Source: Nemertoderma westbladi
Taxonomy: Eukaryota > Animalia > Xenacoelomorpha
DNA length: 64,000 nucleotides
Direction: 5' to 3'
Assembly: GCA_032718475.1 (NCBI GenBank)
Contig: JAUCBJ010000121.1
Coordinates: 23,094 to 87,093, forward strand
The position numbers and the translations under genes are program-made. Below, in pieces: positions 8,021 to 19,900 of this stretch; position 1 is the stretch's first letter, and each line of letters starts with the position of its first letter. Below the pieces are notes generated by a model. That model was given only the letters and a program-made list of their open reading frames with translations, ran no database searches and was not told where the DNA came from.

Positions 8021-10567
8021 ATGGCGAGTAAGTTGATCAGAAAGAGAAAAGCGGAGTCAGGAGGAAAGGAGATACTGGTGGATTTCACCGAGAGGCATCC
8101 GGAAGAGAAGACGAGAGGATACTACGAGAGGTTGGAAAGGGGTCACGCGGCGCGAGCGCTGCAGGATCACTTCAGGGAGATGCACGAACAGCGGCTGGTC
8201 GGGACCTACGGGACGCCGTCGCTGGACAACGCGATCTTCCAACACTTCCACTACGTGGTGAAAGGGGACGAGGCGAAGTTCGGGATTCCGAAGTACCCGA
8301 GGGAATCACCGAGGAAGGACTGGAAAAGATTCATAGAGTCCGTCAACAGAGGAGGATATATGATCCTAGACGACGAGGGAACCGTGGAAGACGAGGCGGG
8401 TTCGAGACGAGGAACGGCGGGGTCGGCCAGGACCATACTCCTACATTTGGCCGCGCCAAATGGGGACATCTTCTTGTTCGACCTAGGGACGTATGGGAAG
8501 AAGGACGGGCCGAAATTAAACCGGTTACCGAAAGCGGTACAAGTTTTGGTAAGAGAGAAGTCGACGACGAAAGTGGGATCGGCGATTCGCAAGGATTCGG
8601 AGAGAATCATCGGTCCGGACGCCACCAACCTCCTGGATATGCAGAAGGTCTTTATGGCTATGACGGCACCGGATGGGTTGGGGGTAGTCGAAAACACAGG
8701 CCAATGCGGGGCGGTGGCAATGGGCCAGCTATTGGGGCTCGTATGCCACAAACCGATGGATTGGGGGAAGTTTAGGGAAGAATACGGAGCAGAACTAGAG
8801 AACTCGCTAAAGTGGGGAGCGAGACCAGGAAAGCAGGAGGTATATCAATTCCGCAGGGGAGCGATAAAGGTATATCAGAAGCGATATATCCTGCAGGAGG
8901 ACTGGATGATGATAAGTTTGCTTAACTTATTCATGACCGTGGTTATCGAGAGGGAACCAGGGGCATTTCTGTTATCGGGATCACCCCTAAGCTACAGGAG
9001 AGCCTTTAAGACGGCCTTTGACGGTCTGGTAGACCACCCGGGGCTGAAGGGCGAGTCGGTGTACTACAACAGCCGACATATGGTAGACGGGGAGACAGAT
9101 ACACCGTATCAGAGATGGGAGCAGCTAGAGACGGATAGACGAGAAGCAAAGCGACTGGAAGAAGTCGCTAGACGGGAGAGGATAGAAGCAGAGGAGAGGG
9201 AAGAGGAGGCCAGGACACAGAGTTACGGCTTCGAGGAACAGGCAGGCCTAGACGAACTTCATTGGACTTCATCAGGGAGTTCGGGGGAGTCTCTAGGGCG
9301 AGAATTGGGATGGACGGTGGGATCGCCGAAACAGTCGACGTCGGGGTTGCAAACGATGCCCATACCAGCGGGCGCCGAGGGCGACCAACCGCCAAGGAAG
9401 TTAAGGGAGCTAGAGGGATGGAGAGCTACGGGCGAGAGCCAAGGCGGGAAGGGACATAGTGTATCCATCGGGATACCGGGGTTGGAGACACTGCCAGAAG
9501 AGGAGGACAACGACGACGAGTTCGGAGAGATGCCGCCCATCGAGAGGATAGGCCACTCGGACACGGACTGGGTTGGCGGAAGGGTGGTGACGGCCAGTTG
9601 GGCGAGGGCCTTCTGGAACAGATCCGGCAAGCGGACCTGGGTGCACGAGGACCCGGCGATGGATTTCGCGGGGAGCACTATCAGGTTGGGCGAGCAACCG
9701 GGGATGGCACCACGGATAGTATTCGGGGAGACGATGCCCGAGAGGGGCGGAGAGATCGACGTAGATAGAGAGACCAACGTAGAGAAGTTCGCCTACCAGC
9801 GACTCCACAAACCGCGGAGATCGCTTGGGACGAAAGACGAGGTGGGACGGGAGACATTGGTACTCGGCTGCGACTACTGTGGGAGACAGACCCATCGGGA
9901 AAGGAGCTGCCTATACCGGTTCCAGAAGGGAACCTTTTGTCTCTACTGCCGAGAACCAAGCCACAGGATGGGGGCGTGTCCACAGTTGCATAACCGATGT
10001 CCAAAGTGCCACTTTCGGGGACACTATGGACGCAAATGCGACTGGATGAACGACGAGGAGAAGTTCACGAGATTCGAGGAGTGGGCCGACGTCGAGGCCA
10101 TGACGCGCCAGCGCATGAAGGCCCAGGAGTTCAAGTGGGGTTTCTTCCTTATCAATCAGGAGACTCACATGGAGATCATAAAGCGGAGGCTACCGTTTAC
10201 CTACCAAGAGTTAGCAACGGCGGCGTCGTACGCCGGAGTGATGAACACGCAAAGATATTTGGACAGGTGGACGCCAGAGAACCGAAGGGAGTTTAGGGAT
10301 TTCTTGGCGGAGCACGTACCACAAGCAATGAAGATGATCCTATGGGACGCCACTAGAGGGAGACAACCGGGCCACTCTGAGGGGCCACCGGCGAAGCGAT
10401 ATCGGGCACTAATAACACCAGCGCCCAGGGAGCCAACGACCGGGATCAGCAGGGAGGTGGCGGCGAAGGTCCGAAAGCAGAAAGCGGATCCCAGAGGAAC
10501 GGTGGTAACCAAGAAACGACCCAGGGAAGAGGACGCCAGGGGGAACTATCCCCAGAGGAACAGATAG
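8021..10567 (+). CDS. Accessory ORF3 of the BEL element: DEDDy (WRN/EXD/RNase D-like) 3'-5' exonuclease domain, acidic linker and three CCHC zinc knuckles
   Basis: Uninterrupted 848 codons with ATG start. ExoI-like ILDDEG (D117/E119), LLHLAAPNGDIFLFDL, LPKAVQVLVREKSTTKVGSAIRKD (ExoII D192), LLDMQ, ExoIII-like QKRYILQED. CX2CX4HX4C x3 at 9869-10039 (CDYC..H..C, CLYC..H..C, CPKC..H..C). Located between pol and PPT/3' LTR. Confidence 0.8.
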   Translation: MASKLIRKRKAESGGKEILVDFTERHPEEKTRGYYERLERGHAARALQDHFREMHEQRLVGTYGTPSLDNAIFQHFHYVVKGDEAKFGIPKYPRESPRKDWKRFIESVNRGGYMILDDEGTVEDEAGSRRGTAGSARTILLHLAAPNGDIFLFDLGTYGKKDGPKLNRLPKAVQVLVREKSTTKVGSAIRKDSERIIGPDATNLLDMQKVFMAMTAPDGLGVVENTGQCGAVAMGQLLGLVCHKPMDWGKFREEYGAELENSLKWGARPGKQEVYQFRRGAIKVYQKRYILQEDWMMISLLNLFMTVVIEREPGAFLLSGSPLSYRRAFKTAFDGLVDHPGLKGESVYYNSRHMVDGETDTPYQRWEQLETDRREAKRLEEVARRERIEAEEREEEARTQSYGFEEQAGLDELHWTSSGSSGESLGRELGWTVGSPKQSTSGLQTMPIPAGAEGDQPPRKLRELEGWRATGESQGGKGHSVSIGIPGLETLPEEEDNDDEFGEMPPIERIGHSDTDWVGGRVVTASWARAFWNRSGKRTWVHEDPAMDFAGSTIRLGEQPGMAPRIVFGETMPERGGEIDVDRETNVEKFAYQRLHKPRRSLGTKDEVGRETLVLGCDYCGRQTHRERSCLYRFQKGTFCLYCREPSHRMGACPQLHNRCPKCHFRGHYGRKCDWMNDEEKFTRFEEWADVEAMTRQRMKAQEFKWGFFLINQETHMEIIKRRLPFTYQELATAASYAGVMNTQRYLDRWTPENRREFRDFLAEHVPQAMKMILWDATRGRQPGHSEGPPAKRYRALITPAPREPTTGISREVAAKVRKQKADPRGTVVTKKRPREEDARGNYPQRNR

Positions 10568-11238
10568 GTTCCCAGAGCCGAGGGAGAGAGACTGAGACTT
10601 GGACGTGGTGCGCCTGGAAGGCGCCGCGTGGGACGTACGAACTATTAAGTACAAATTTAATTAATGCAAATAATCATATAAGTGCAATTTGTATGTACGT
10701 ATGTAGTAATTAGTAATCTACGAATATATACGCTCGAAGTAAGTACTATAGTCATACAACCTTTCTCAATTAGCTACTGGGACTGGGGGGTAAACTGACT
10801 ATGGCACTATGGACGAGACACCAGACAATTTCACACTTCTTGAGTGCGACGGCACAAGAGGGGGGGGAGATTCGTCAGAAGGGATGAGGTAGTCAGAGTA
10901 GGGTTGAGGGACAGAGTAGTAGGTGTGAAGTGCGGAGAGAGTGCGGACGCAATTCTAGTGTGGGGGGGATAATAAGAGGCTGAGTGAGGGACGAGGAGGT
11001 CCGAGTGTATGAGAGAGTTAGGATGAGAGTGAAGAAGAGATAGGGCGGAAGTGTTGGGGAAACAAAAGTTGCGTGAGAGGTGAGCGCGATCGGCCCAACA
11101 TGAGTCGCCAGGCACACAGGGTAGCGTTATCATACCCATAGGGAGCGGCCTGGAAAGCCGGATCCGAGAGAAAAGAATTCCACCCCACACCCGATACTAG
11201 ATCGGGATCCAGCGGGATTGTAGCGCACTTTTTGGTTG

Positions 11239-11276
11239 ATGCTATCTTCTTACCGGGAAGATAGCATGGGGGGGAG
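11239..11276 (+). promoter_or_regulatory. 11-bp stem hairpin followed by the polypurine tract
   Basis: ATGCTATCTTC-ttaccgg-GAAGATAGCAT then GGGGGGGAG abutting the LTR TG. Same structure at 49225-49262 (- strand). Confidence 0.85.
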
Positions 11277-11822
11277 TGTTAGCTTATTCAATCCCGCTAA
11301 CACCCCATAAAGTTAAGCCGATAAGCAATATTGGGAGCCACGAGATTGGGTAATTAACCAACTCGTGCCATCCCAATAAGAATGGGAAGGAGAAGCACAC
11401 AATGAGGGTCAGGGGCCAAACCCCTAACCCAGAGAGAATAGGTGGAGTGAACGGGAACACTCCAAAGGGCGCCAACAAGGGTATCAACCAATCAGAGGGG
11501 GGAAAGGCATCGATTAGGTAGAGTAACAAGGACAACCGTGCAATATAGCCACTTGGCAGTAATCATATCAATTCAGTTATCTCAGTGCAATACTGGTGCT
11601 AGTTTAGGTTACATAGTTTAGCTAGGGAAGGACCGGGACTTTAGTTACCGTATCCCGCCTTCCGTATACAACAACTATATTATCTCATATCTATATCTAT
11701 ATCTGTATACCCAAATATTATATACGACGAACAGCACAAACTCATTCACTCTTTATACACGGCGGGGACGCGTGAACTAACAACGGATAAGTTTATTACT
11801 AACAACGGATAGGTTTATTACA
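11277..11822 (+). repeat. 3' LTR of the + strand BEL element (diverged subfamily)
   Basis: Starts TGTTAGCTTAT and is colinear with the reverse complement of 107-637 (CCAATCAGAGGGGGGAAAGGCATCGATT, GGCGGGGACGCGTG). A 22-bp terminal tandem duplication blurs the end. Confidence 0.85.
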
Positions 11823-12889
11823 ACTTTAATTAAATGCATACTTACTGACACTTAGGCTTCTTTCAGCAATGTACCCATAAGCTATCATGACGCTGATCTT
11901 CTAGTGTGCCGTACATGCTGCTGCACAAACAACAACGATTTCCTTTGGACGGCTTTCTTTTTAAAGGTTTTTGGACATTCGATGGTGAGTAGTTAAGTGA
12001 TCGCCGTACCCCACATGATCTATCTTTATCGATCTCAGCCACGAGTTTTCCTAGTGAAGCACTCACCTCCTAGATTTGGACATAATAATTTTAATATTTT
12101 CATATATATAAACTTAGTTATAACGAACGCAGTCTTACATTTTAGTAAATTAGGCATAAAAATAGTATTATTATTGTACCTCAGTTATTATGTTCCTTGT
12201 TATTGGGCTATCTGGGATGGGCCCTTTATGATGATGGGATGTTTGTCCTAAACGATAAATAACGTTAGATGGAATAGATAATTGAAACTGTATTGCAGAC
12301 TTGGCTATCGCTTGTTAAGTGTTAACTAATTTTTAATCAAACCTGATATGCGAGCCTTTTTTTAAGGATAGAGGTAAAAGATAAGTAATTTATATAAACT
12401 TAGTCACAATATTTATTTACTACATTAACTTTACTTTTATTCGCTAGGGTAGTACCGAATGTGTGAGTTAGTAGTTATGTAATCATATTAGGCCTAAATG
12501 TAATCATATGTGCGTACGGTACTGTAGGGCCTGTTATGAAATAAAATCTATAAATTAAAGTACTTTATGTTACGTTTGTTATTTTAGTTCCCCCTTAACG
12601 CAGCCTGAGCGGATGGGTCACGTAGTCATTAACAGCGGATGGGTCAGAAAATGACCAAGCTATAAATTTTACTATATTCAATTAGAATTAATATGAAAAG
12701 TTGGTTAAGGAGCCGCCAACGAGGCCTTGAGGTCTAGTTCTGCACAATACGAAACAGTATATGAGTACAGTACAGCATATACAGCAGATGATACTATGTA
12801 TACTTACGAAGTTAGCTGTACTGGCCTACTGACGTACTACTGCTTAGGCCTATATAAATATTGGAATACTTAAAAGCATCTTATTTACA

Positions 12890-14588
12890 ATGACGCATCC
12901 ACAGAATATTAATGTCGCAAATGATGAAAACGATCACAGTATTATTGCTAGTATTATTTCATCAACGGATGACCCTGAAATAAAGAATTGTTTAAGCTGC
13001 TGGTCCCAGGAGGAGACAGGAACTACAATCACCAAAAAACTTAACAAATGTCCAACCAGCCAACTTCGCAAGACAGCCCTTTACATGGGATGTGAAAGGG
13101 CGAATGACAACCTCTATAAGGCGCAATTAGTAGTTGAGGTTGTTAAATCAATTGAACGTTTCCTACCTGAGGAATGCGCGAACTGTGGGGCTGACTACTC
13201 ATGCGAGTTTGGAGAGAAAACCGCTATTCAATGTTTTATTTGTCAACGAGGTGTTCACAGTGGTTGTGTCACTGATCCAACGCAAACAGAAGAATATAAA
13301 GCACTAACGTCGGCCCACGGATTTGTCTGGGTATGCCTCTATTGCCAACAACGGGCCATAGCTGGCAAAGCAATTATTCGCAATAAAGAAGGCAAATCCA
13401 TTGCCGGTATTCGTAAGCGTCAAATTCTAGGCGCAGTGGCTACGACTGAAGGAGTACCGGTACCGTTGTCAGAACAAATGAGGGTTAAGGAACTGCAAAC
13501 GAGAAGTCCAACTGTCAATGGGCCAAGTCAGTTCGAGAGTGATAACTGCATTCTCACCATTACAAACACCGCTACTGGTAGAGACAACACTGATAGTGTT
13601 GTACAACCAATTCACCGTCAGTACCAGTATATGGATTCGACCAACCAAACTCAAGTTAGTCGACTACAAAACCGCTTTGATATACTGGACGGTGAAGATG
13701 ATGATGTTGTCGATTTAGGTTCTGTACATTATGAAAGAGGATGAATGGGTAAATCCCAACAGTACTGTTGGTAGAGAGACATCACCGGTATCACACAACC
13801 ACAATAAATCGGAACCTCATTCTACAAACAGCAGCAATGAAAATAGACCTGTCTGTCGGTTCTTTCGCAATGGGAACTGCCAGTTTGGCCGATCGGGACG
13901 AGGCTGTTCATATCGACATCCAAAACTTTGTCTTAAATTCTTAAACAAAGGAAAATCAAGCCAAGGTGGCTGCACTAAGGGGACGTCCTGTAGGTACTTT
14001 CATCCCACACTGTGCCGCAATTCTGTCAACGAAAAACAATGCCTTAATGGCTAATGTAACTTCTACCATATCCGTGGCACTCAACGTGTCAAGAGGCTGC
14101 AGGAAAATCGCGTGGAAGACAGATATAATATCAGGGAACAAAGTGTTGGGCTACAAGGGAATAACATAGTCTCCCGGAGCTACACCAAGTCGAACCTCCC
14201 TCCTCATAGAGAAATCGACCAACCAAACACCAATGGTCAAATCCAGCAGCGTAACGTGGAATGCTATCGCTATGGTGAAGCTCAGACTTTGCAGACCACG
14301 GATCAGAGTTCTTTTTTAGAGAACGCCATGGCGGAAATGCAGAACTCGTTTACTATGCAAATGTCTCAGATGCAGGATCAAATATTGGGTATGCAGCGCC
14401 AGTTCTCTCACCAACTTCAGCAGTTGGTGCAGCTACAGCCCCAGGCAGCTGCATCCCCACCTCAAACCCAAACACAATACTATACTCAGCAACCGAGTGT
14501 CCACAACACACAACAAATGCAAGGTTTTGCCCAGTCGGGCCAGGTTCATATAGTACCGGTATCCAACCCAACCCAAATTATGGTGTGA
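12890..14588 (+). pseudogene. LINE ORF1 with a PHD finger, three CCCH zinc fingers and a Gln-rich C-terminus (one frameshift, one stop)
   Basis: PHD: CANC...CFIC...H..C...WVCLYC. CCCH: CRFF..C..C...H, CLKF..C..C...H, CRNS..C..*C...H. Frameshift at ~13735, in-frame TAA at 14052-14054. Confidence 0.85.
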
Positions 14589-14872
14589 ACCATGGCTCTT
14601 ACAGTTATGTAAATAATTTTGAGGATACCATTTTTCATAGAGGAATGAGTGCCAATAATAATTTTCGCACTCATATTAATAACTTTGAATTGAATAATAA
14701 TAAAGCCAAAATGCAAAACGCTGTTGGTTCTTCCCCTAAGGAAAATATAAATGCAAATTTTACCAATTTACATAATATTAAGAGCCAGGGCTACACGAAT
14801 AATTTCAATTGTGCTCCAAGTAATACTAATCTTACTACCGGTTCTACAAACACTAATATTAGTAGTAGTAAT

Positions 14873-15069
14873 TGTACAGTGTTGATCTAAGTTACCCTTA
14901 AGTGATATTATATACTTATATATATGTAGGCCTACAGGCCTATGGAAAGTCAAGTATTCAATATATATAACATAAGTACTTCTGTACTTTGTCATCTGGC
15001 AATCCCATATTTTCATACACAGCAGTCTGGCAGTATATCTACTGCCTACTGGTACTTCAGTACTTTACA
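14873..15069 (+). repeat. Gypsy 5' LTR
   Basis: tgtacagtg...tactttaca; no differences seen versus 20357-20553. Confidence 0.97.
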
Positions 15070-15080
15070 TGGCGCTGCGA
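15070..15080 (+). promoter_or_regulatory. Primer binding site, probably tRNA-Ser type
   Basis: TGGCGCTGCGA directly after the 5' LTR. tRNA identity is inferred from the typical Ser(CGA) 3' end. Confidence 0.7.
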
Positions 15081-15324
15081 ATCTGGAAATACAAATACAC
15101 TGCGGCACTACACACTACAAGATGGAACAAATAAATAATAGGTCTTAAAACTTAACTGGTCTACAAACAATACTGCAATAGGCCTACCCCATCATTGGTT
15201 AGCCAACAAGATAACCTACAATCTACAGCTCTACAGACATATAGGCCTACCAATAGGCCTATAACCTAGCCTACAACAGGTGTCAGGGTGCTTACAATAA
15301 GCACCTACAGCTCAACATAGCAAC

Positions 15325-16905
15325 ATGACGGATACCGGCACCGGTACTACAGCTACATCTATTACAGCAGCCAAATATTCGCGATCAGCCTTCAAGGGAC
15401 GTGTTACTACAGCAATGAGACGCCTTGAGGACTCGCTACAAAAATATACCACCATGGACCATGAACAATTAACGCCATTAATAATTGAAGCAGTAACAAG
15501 CCGATTAACAGATTTTCAAATGGCTGCAAACAAATATTTCGAAGCACACCACAATGTCCAGGTGTTAGAACCTACAAAGGATGGTGACAAAGAAACATTA
15601 TATGTGAATTCACTGGAAGATAATGTTGTAGAATTCCGCGACCGGGTTCAATAATTAAGTTACCGGTACTCAAGTACTTTGAACATTTTAAATCATTCTC
15701 AGGTTAGTGATGTTAATACTAATGGTAGGCCTGCTGATCCAGTAGCTACCGGTACACATATTAAAAATCCACGCATAGATCGAACCTGTCAGCCAGATCG
15801 TCTGAACAAAGACGTTTCTATCGCAGACTACAATACATGGAAAATTAATTTCCTCCAATTTTTCCGCATAAATGCGATGCAACACATGGAGCATGATTAC
15901 CAAATTGCTCAACTTCAAGCATGTATTTCTCCAGAATTACAAACTACAAGTCGTCTGTCCCTTAATGTCACACCACAACATACTGTTGATGAAATTCTGG
16001 ACATTCTCCATGAATATTACAAAAAAAAATGTAGTTGGATTCGCAGATGTGTCGAATTCAACAGTTGTCATCAGGTCGCTGGTGAACCATTTAATGATTT
16101 TTTTGTTCGCCTGCGTGGCCTGCAAGAATTAACTGAACCATGCCACAGATGTATAGACCGCAACTTAATGGTCCAAATATGTCAAGGTGTCATAAACATT
16201 GAACTCCAACGGAAATTATTTGCTTTACAAATGGGGCACCCTACCTTAGATGACGTTAGAAATGAATGTATTGCATTTGAACACGGTGACCATGAATCAA
16301 ATGTTTCCAAACAACCAAACCGTGATCAATTAATACACAATATACAAACAATTTCGTCCCCAGATGGGGCTGTTGAAATACCGGTACCACAATATACATT
16401 TACTATTGATGAAATTCGAGAAACAATGTTAAATAGTAAAGGTACTGATTCTGATATAATTCATGCACTTCAAGTTTTAAAAACGCAACAACTTCCAGCA
16501 CGGTCAAAGAAAACTTACCCTATTTATAGGGGTAAAGGCAATACACAAACCCAATCTACATTCTCAAAAAGTACTTCATCAAAAAGCCGGAATTGCCCTT
16601 GGTGTGGTGGACCATCACCACATGAAAATAATAGACAAAACTGTCCAGCCAGTGGGAAATTATGTGTCAATTGTGGGAGAAAGGGACACTTTTCATTTGC
16701 TTGTAAAGCAAACCCAGCTATGCAATCTTTTCAACAACGACAAATTAATCAAATTGAATATAATAAACAATGCGATGAAGGGGATGATGACAGTGACCAA
16801 TCATCCTATGTTTATCGTGCTGGCGTTAATATTAATGTGATTTCAGATGAAGTTCATATTACTCAAATTAAATTTTCACATTCTGCACCATTGATTTCGA
16901 ATTAA
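15325..16905 (+). pseudogene. Gypsy gag with an in-frame premature stop (15652-15654)
   Basis: Two ORFs in the same frame. Capsid-like QVAGEPFNDFFVRLR and Mag-type knuckles CPWCGG..H...CPA...CVNCGRKGHFSFAC. Confidence 0.9.
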
Positions 16906-19900
16906 TGTATGTGGAACACAAAATAATGCCATTTTTGTTTGTGACTCACTTCCAGATACTGGTGCAGATGCCCCAATCGTACCATATGGTCTAATAAAAG
17001 ACAATGATTTAATAATGGAGATTAAAAAATCTCACAAGCCGAAGGTATTTGCTGCAAACGGTACTGTAATCCAATCCATTGGTATCATAACTTTAAAATT
17101 ACATTACTATGGACATAAGGCTATAATCAATGCAGTGGTTACTGAAACAGCATCTACCTTTTTGCTACCCTGGTTTACCCTGAAACAATTAAAAATCATA
17201 CCAGAATGTTTTCCCCTTCCATATATATTTCCAAAAGACAGCAGGGATCTTTATGTCCAAGAAGTATCATCAGCTAATAATGTGCGATCAACATTATTAG
17301 ATGAATATTCTGATGTCTTTGATACTGAACAGTTCCAGGCTATGGACATAACTCCAATGAAAATACACCTTAAACAAAATGCAATTCCATCTAAGATATA
17401 TACTGCAAGAAAAATCCCTGTTCATCTAGAGGCAGACACAAAGGCAGAATTAGAAAATATGACCAAACTAGGAGTAATTAAAAAATTAGAATCTGATGCT
17501 GAACCCCCAGAATGGATTTCTCCAATGGTGGTTATACAAAAACCACGAGGTGGGATTCGAATATGTGTGGACTACACTGCTCTAAATCAATACATAGAAC
17601 GCCCGGTACATCCATTTAAGTGTCCTGCTGATATCGTTGCAAATTTAAATAATGGGTGTCACTTTTTCTCAACTTTAGATGCAGTAAAAGGATACTGGCA
17701 AGTTCCTCTTGAATTCAATAGCCAAAAATATACAACATTCCTAACTCCATGGGGTTGCTATGTTTTTCTTCGAGCCCCAATGGGCCTTAGTTCAACTGGT
17801 GATGTATATTGTATATGGGGAGATACAGCAATATCTGGAATCCCTTCAGTAGAAAAAGTTGTAGATGATATGCTGGTTCATACAGTTACATTTGAAGAAC
17901 ATGTGACTGTTGTGAGATCCATACTAGACCGATGTAGACAATACAAGATTACATTGTCAAAAGATAAATTTATCTTCGCCCAGCCAGAAGTGGAATTTAT
18001 TGGAATGCGCATCGGGCGAAATGGTATTCATGGTGATCCATTAAAGATGGAAGCTATTAGAGAATTCCCAATACCAAAAGACATTTCCATGTTGAAATCT
18101 TTTTTTGGTATTATTACACAACTTCAAATGTTTACACCAAATCTGGCTCAGATATCTGCACCATTACGTGGTTTGTTGAGCCCTAAGAATGCATTTGTAT
18201 GGACCCATGATCATACACAAGCTTTCAATGCAACCAAAAATTTACTTACTTGTTTACCGGCCCTTCAACCATTCGATAAAACATTACCAATTTCACTACA
18301 CACAGATGCCTCTAAAGATGGTATTGGATATGTACTCATGCAAAAACATGACAGCAATTGGTGTATAGTAACCTGTGGAAGCCGTTTTGTCACTCCCACA
18401 GAGTCGAATTGGGCTGTCATTGAACGTGAGCTGTTAGCTGTTCAATGGGCAGTAACGAAATGCAGAGTATATTTACAAGGTTGCCCAAATTTTTCTGTTA
18501 ACACAGATCATAAACCTCTAATCACCATATTAAATAGTAAAACATTGGACAAAATAGGTAATTTACGACTTCAGAGAATCAAAGAAAAGCTTATTGGATA
18601 TAACTTTACTGCTATATGGATACCGGGTAAGAATAATGGCTTTGCCGATGCTCTATCTAGAGCACCTGTATCTCAACCTGATAAAGAGGATATAGATCAA
18701 GTAAATGAGATCATCACTCAAGTAAACGAAGTCATTACAGTAAATTCTAATGATATTGACCCATCGCACACTCTATTTACGAAAGCTGTTAGTGAAGATA
18801 CCGAATATAAACTCCTTATTTCTCATATTATTTCTGGATGTTACAAGATACCTCAAGAGTTAATTATGTTCAAAAACATAATTAAAGACCTTTCAATATG
18901 TAATGAGCTAATCTTGTATGGAGATCGTATTGTTGTACCAAAAAAGGCCAGAAATGAGGTTCTGCGTCGATTACATGTACCACATCAAGGAATTCGTCGA
19001 TCCAAAGAAAGAGCCCGCCGATTATATTATTGGCCAGGAATGAATAGTGATATAACCAACACTGTTGAGAACTGTCATAATTGTCAAAAATATAGACCCA
19101 GTCAGGCACCAGAACCAATGACTCTTGATGTTAATCCGACTCGACCATTTGAAAATGTCTCGACTGACCTTTGTAGCTATGGAAATAATATATATCTCAT
19201 ATATGTGGACCGTTTTTCTGGATGGCCAATAGTTATTTTGTTCAATAAACCTCCAACAACATCCCAAATAACTTCAAAACTAATCGATCTGTTTTGTGAT
19301 ACAGGCGTTCCTGTGAAAATGCGATCAGATGGTGGATCACAATATGCTTCAGCAGAGTTCAATACTTTTTGCAACAATTGGCATATAGACCACACCCTTA
19401 GTAGTGCATATTATCCCCAATCTAATGGTCATGCCGAAGCTGGAATAAAATCAATGAAATCTTTAATTAAAAAATATACTTCAACTAATGGCCAATTAAA
19501 TCATGAAGGATTCAAAGAAGCAATATTAGAGTGGAGAAATACTCCCCGTGATGGTGATACTCCAGCTCCTTCAGTACTACTATATGGAAGACTAATGCGC
19601 ACTCGTCTCCCTGCAAGCAAAGAAGCCTTGGACTTTCAGTGGAATAAAGTATTTGACGAAATTGATAGAAAAGTAGTGGATAAAAAACGTTGGGTGACAA
19701 AATCAAGATACGACTTACACACACATCCACTCAAACCTCTCTCCATAGGCACCTCTGTATTTGTTCAGGATGTCAGGACAAAGTTATGGGATCGAGTAGG
19801 TCGAATAACTGATATAAGAGATAATGGTCATAGTTATTACGTTGCATTTCCATCTGGTCGTATCCTGCTGAGAAATAGGCGTTTTTTACGCCCAGAACCT

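Larger units (their letters stand above)
638..11822 (+). mobile_element. BEL/Pao LTR retrotransposon, autonomous-type structure (5' part displaced by the insertion), with an extra ORF after pol
   Basis: gag-PR-RT-RNaseH-IN in BEL order and style, then a repeat array, an 848-aa ORF, PPT GGGGGGGAG (11268-11276) and an LTR starting TGTTAG at 11277. The right end is uncertain (11804 or 11822). Confidence 0.92.

Noticed and set aside
8021-10567. ORF3 as an envelope gene or a second gag
   Set aside because: No signal peptide, fusion peptide or TM anchor, and no capsid-like region; the N-terminal motifs fit a DEDDy exonuclease.
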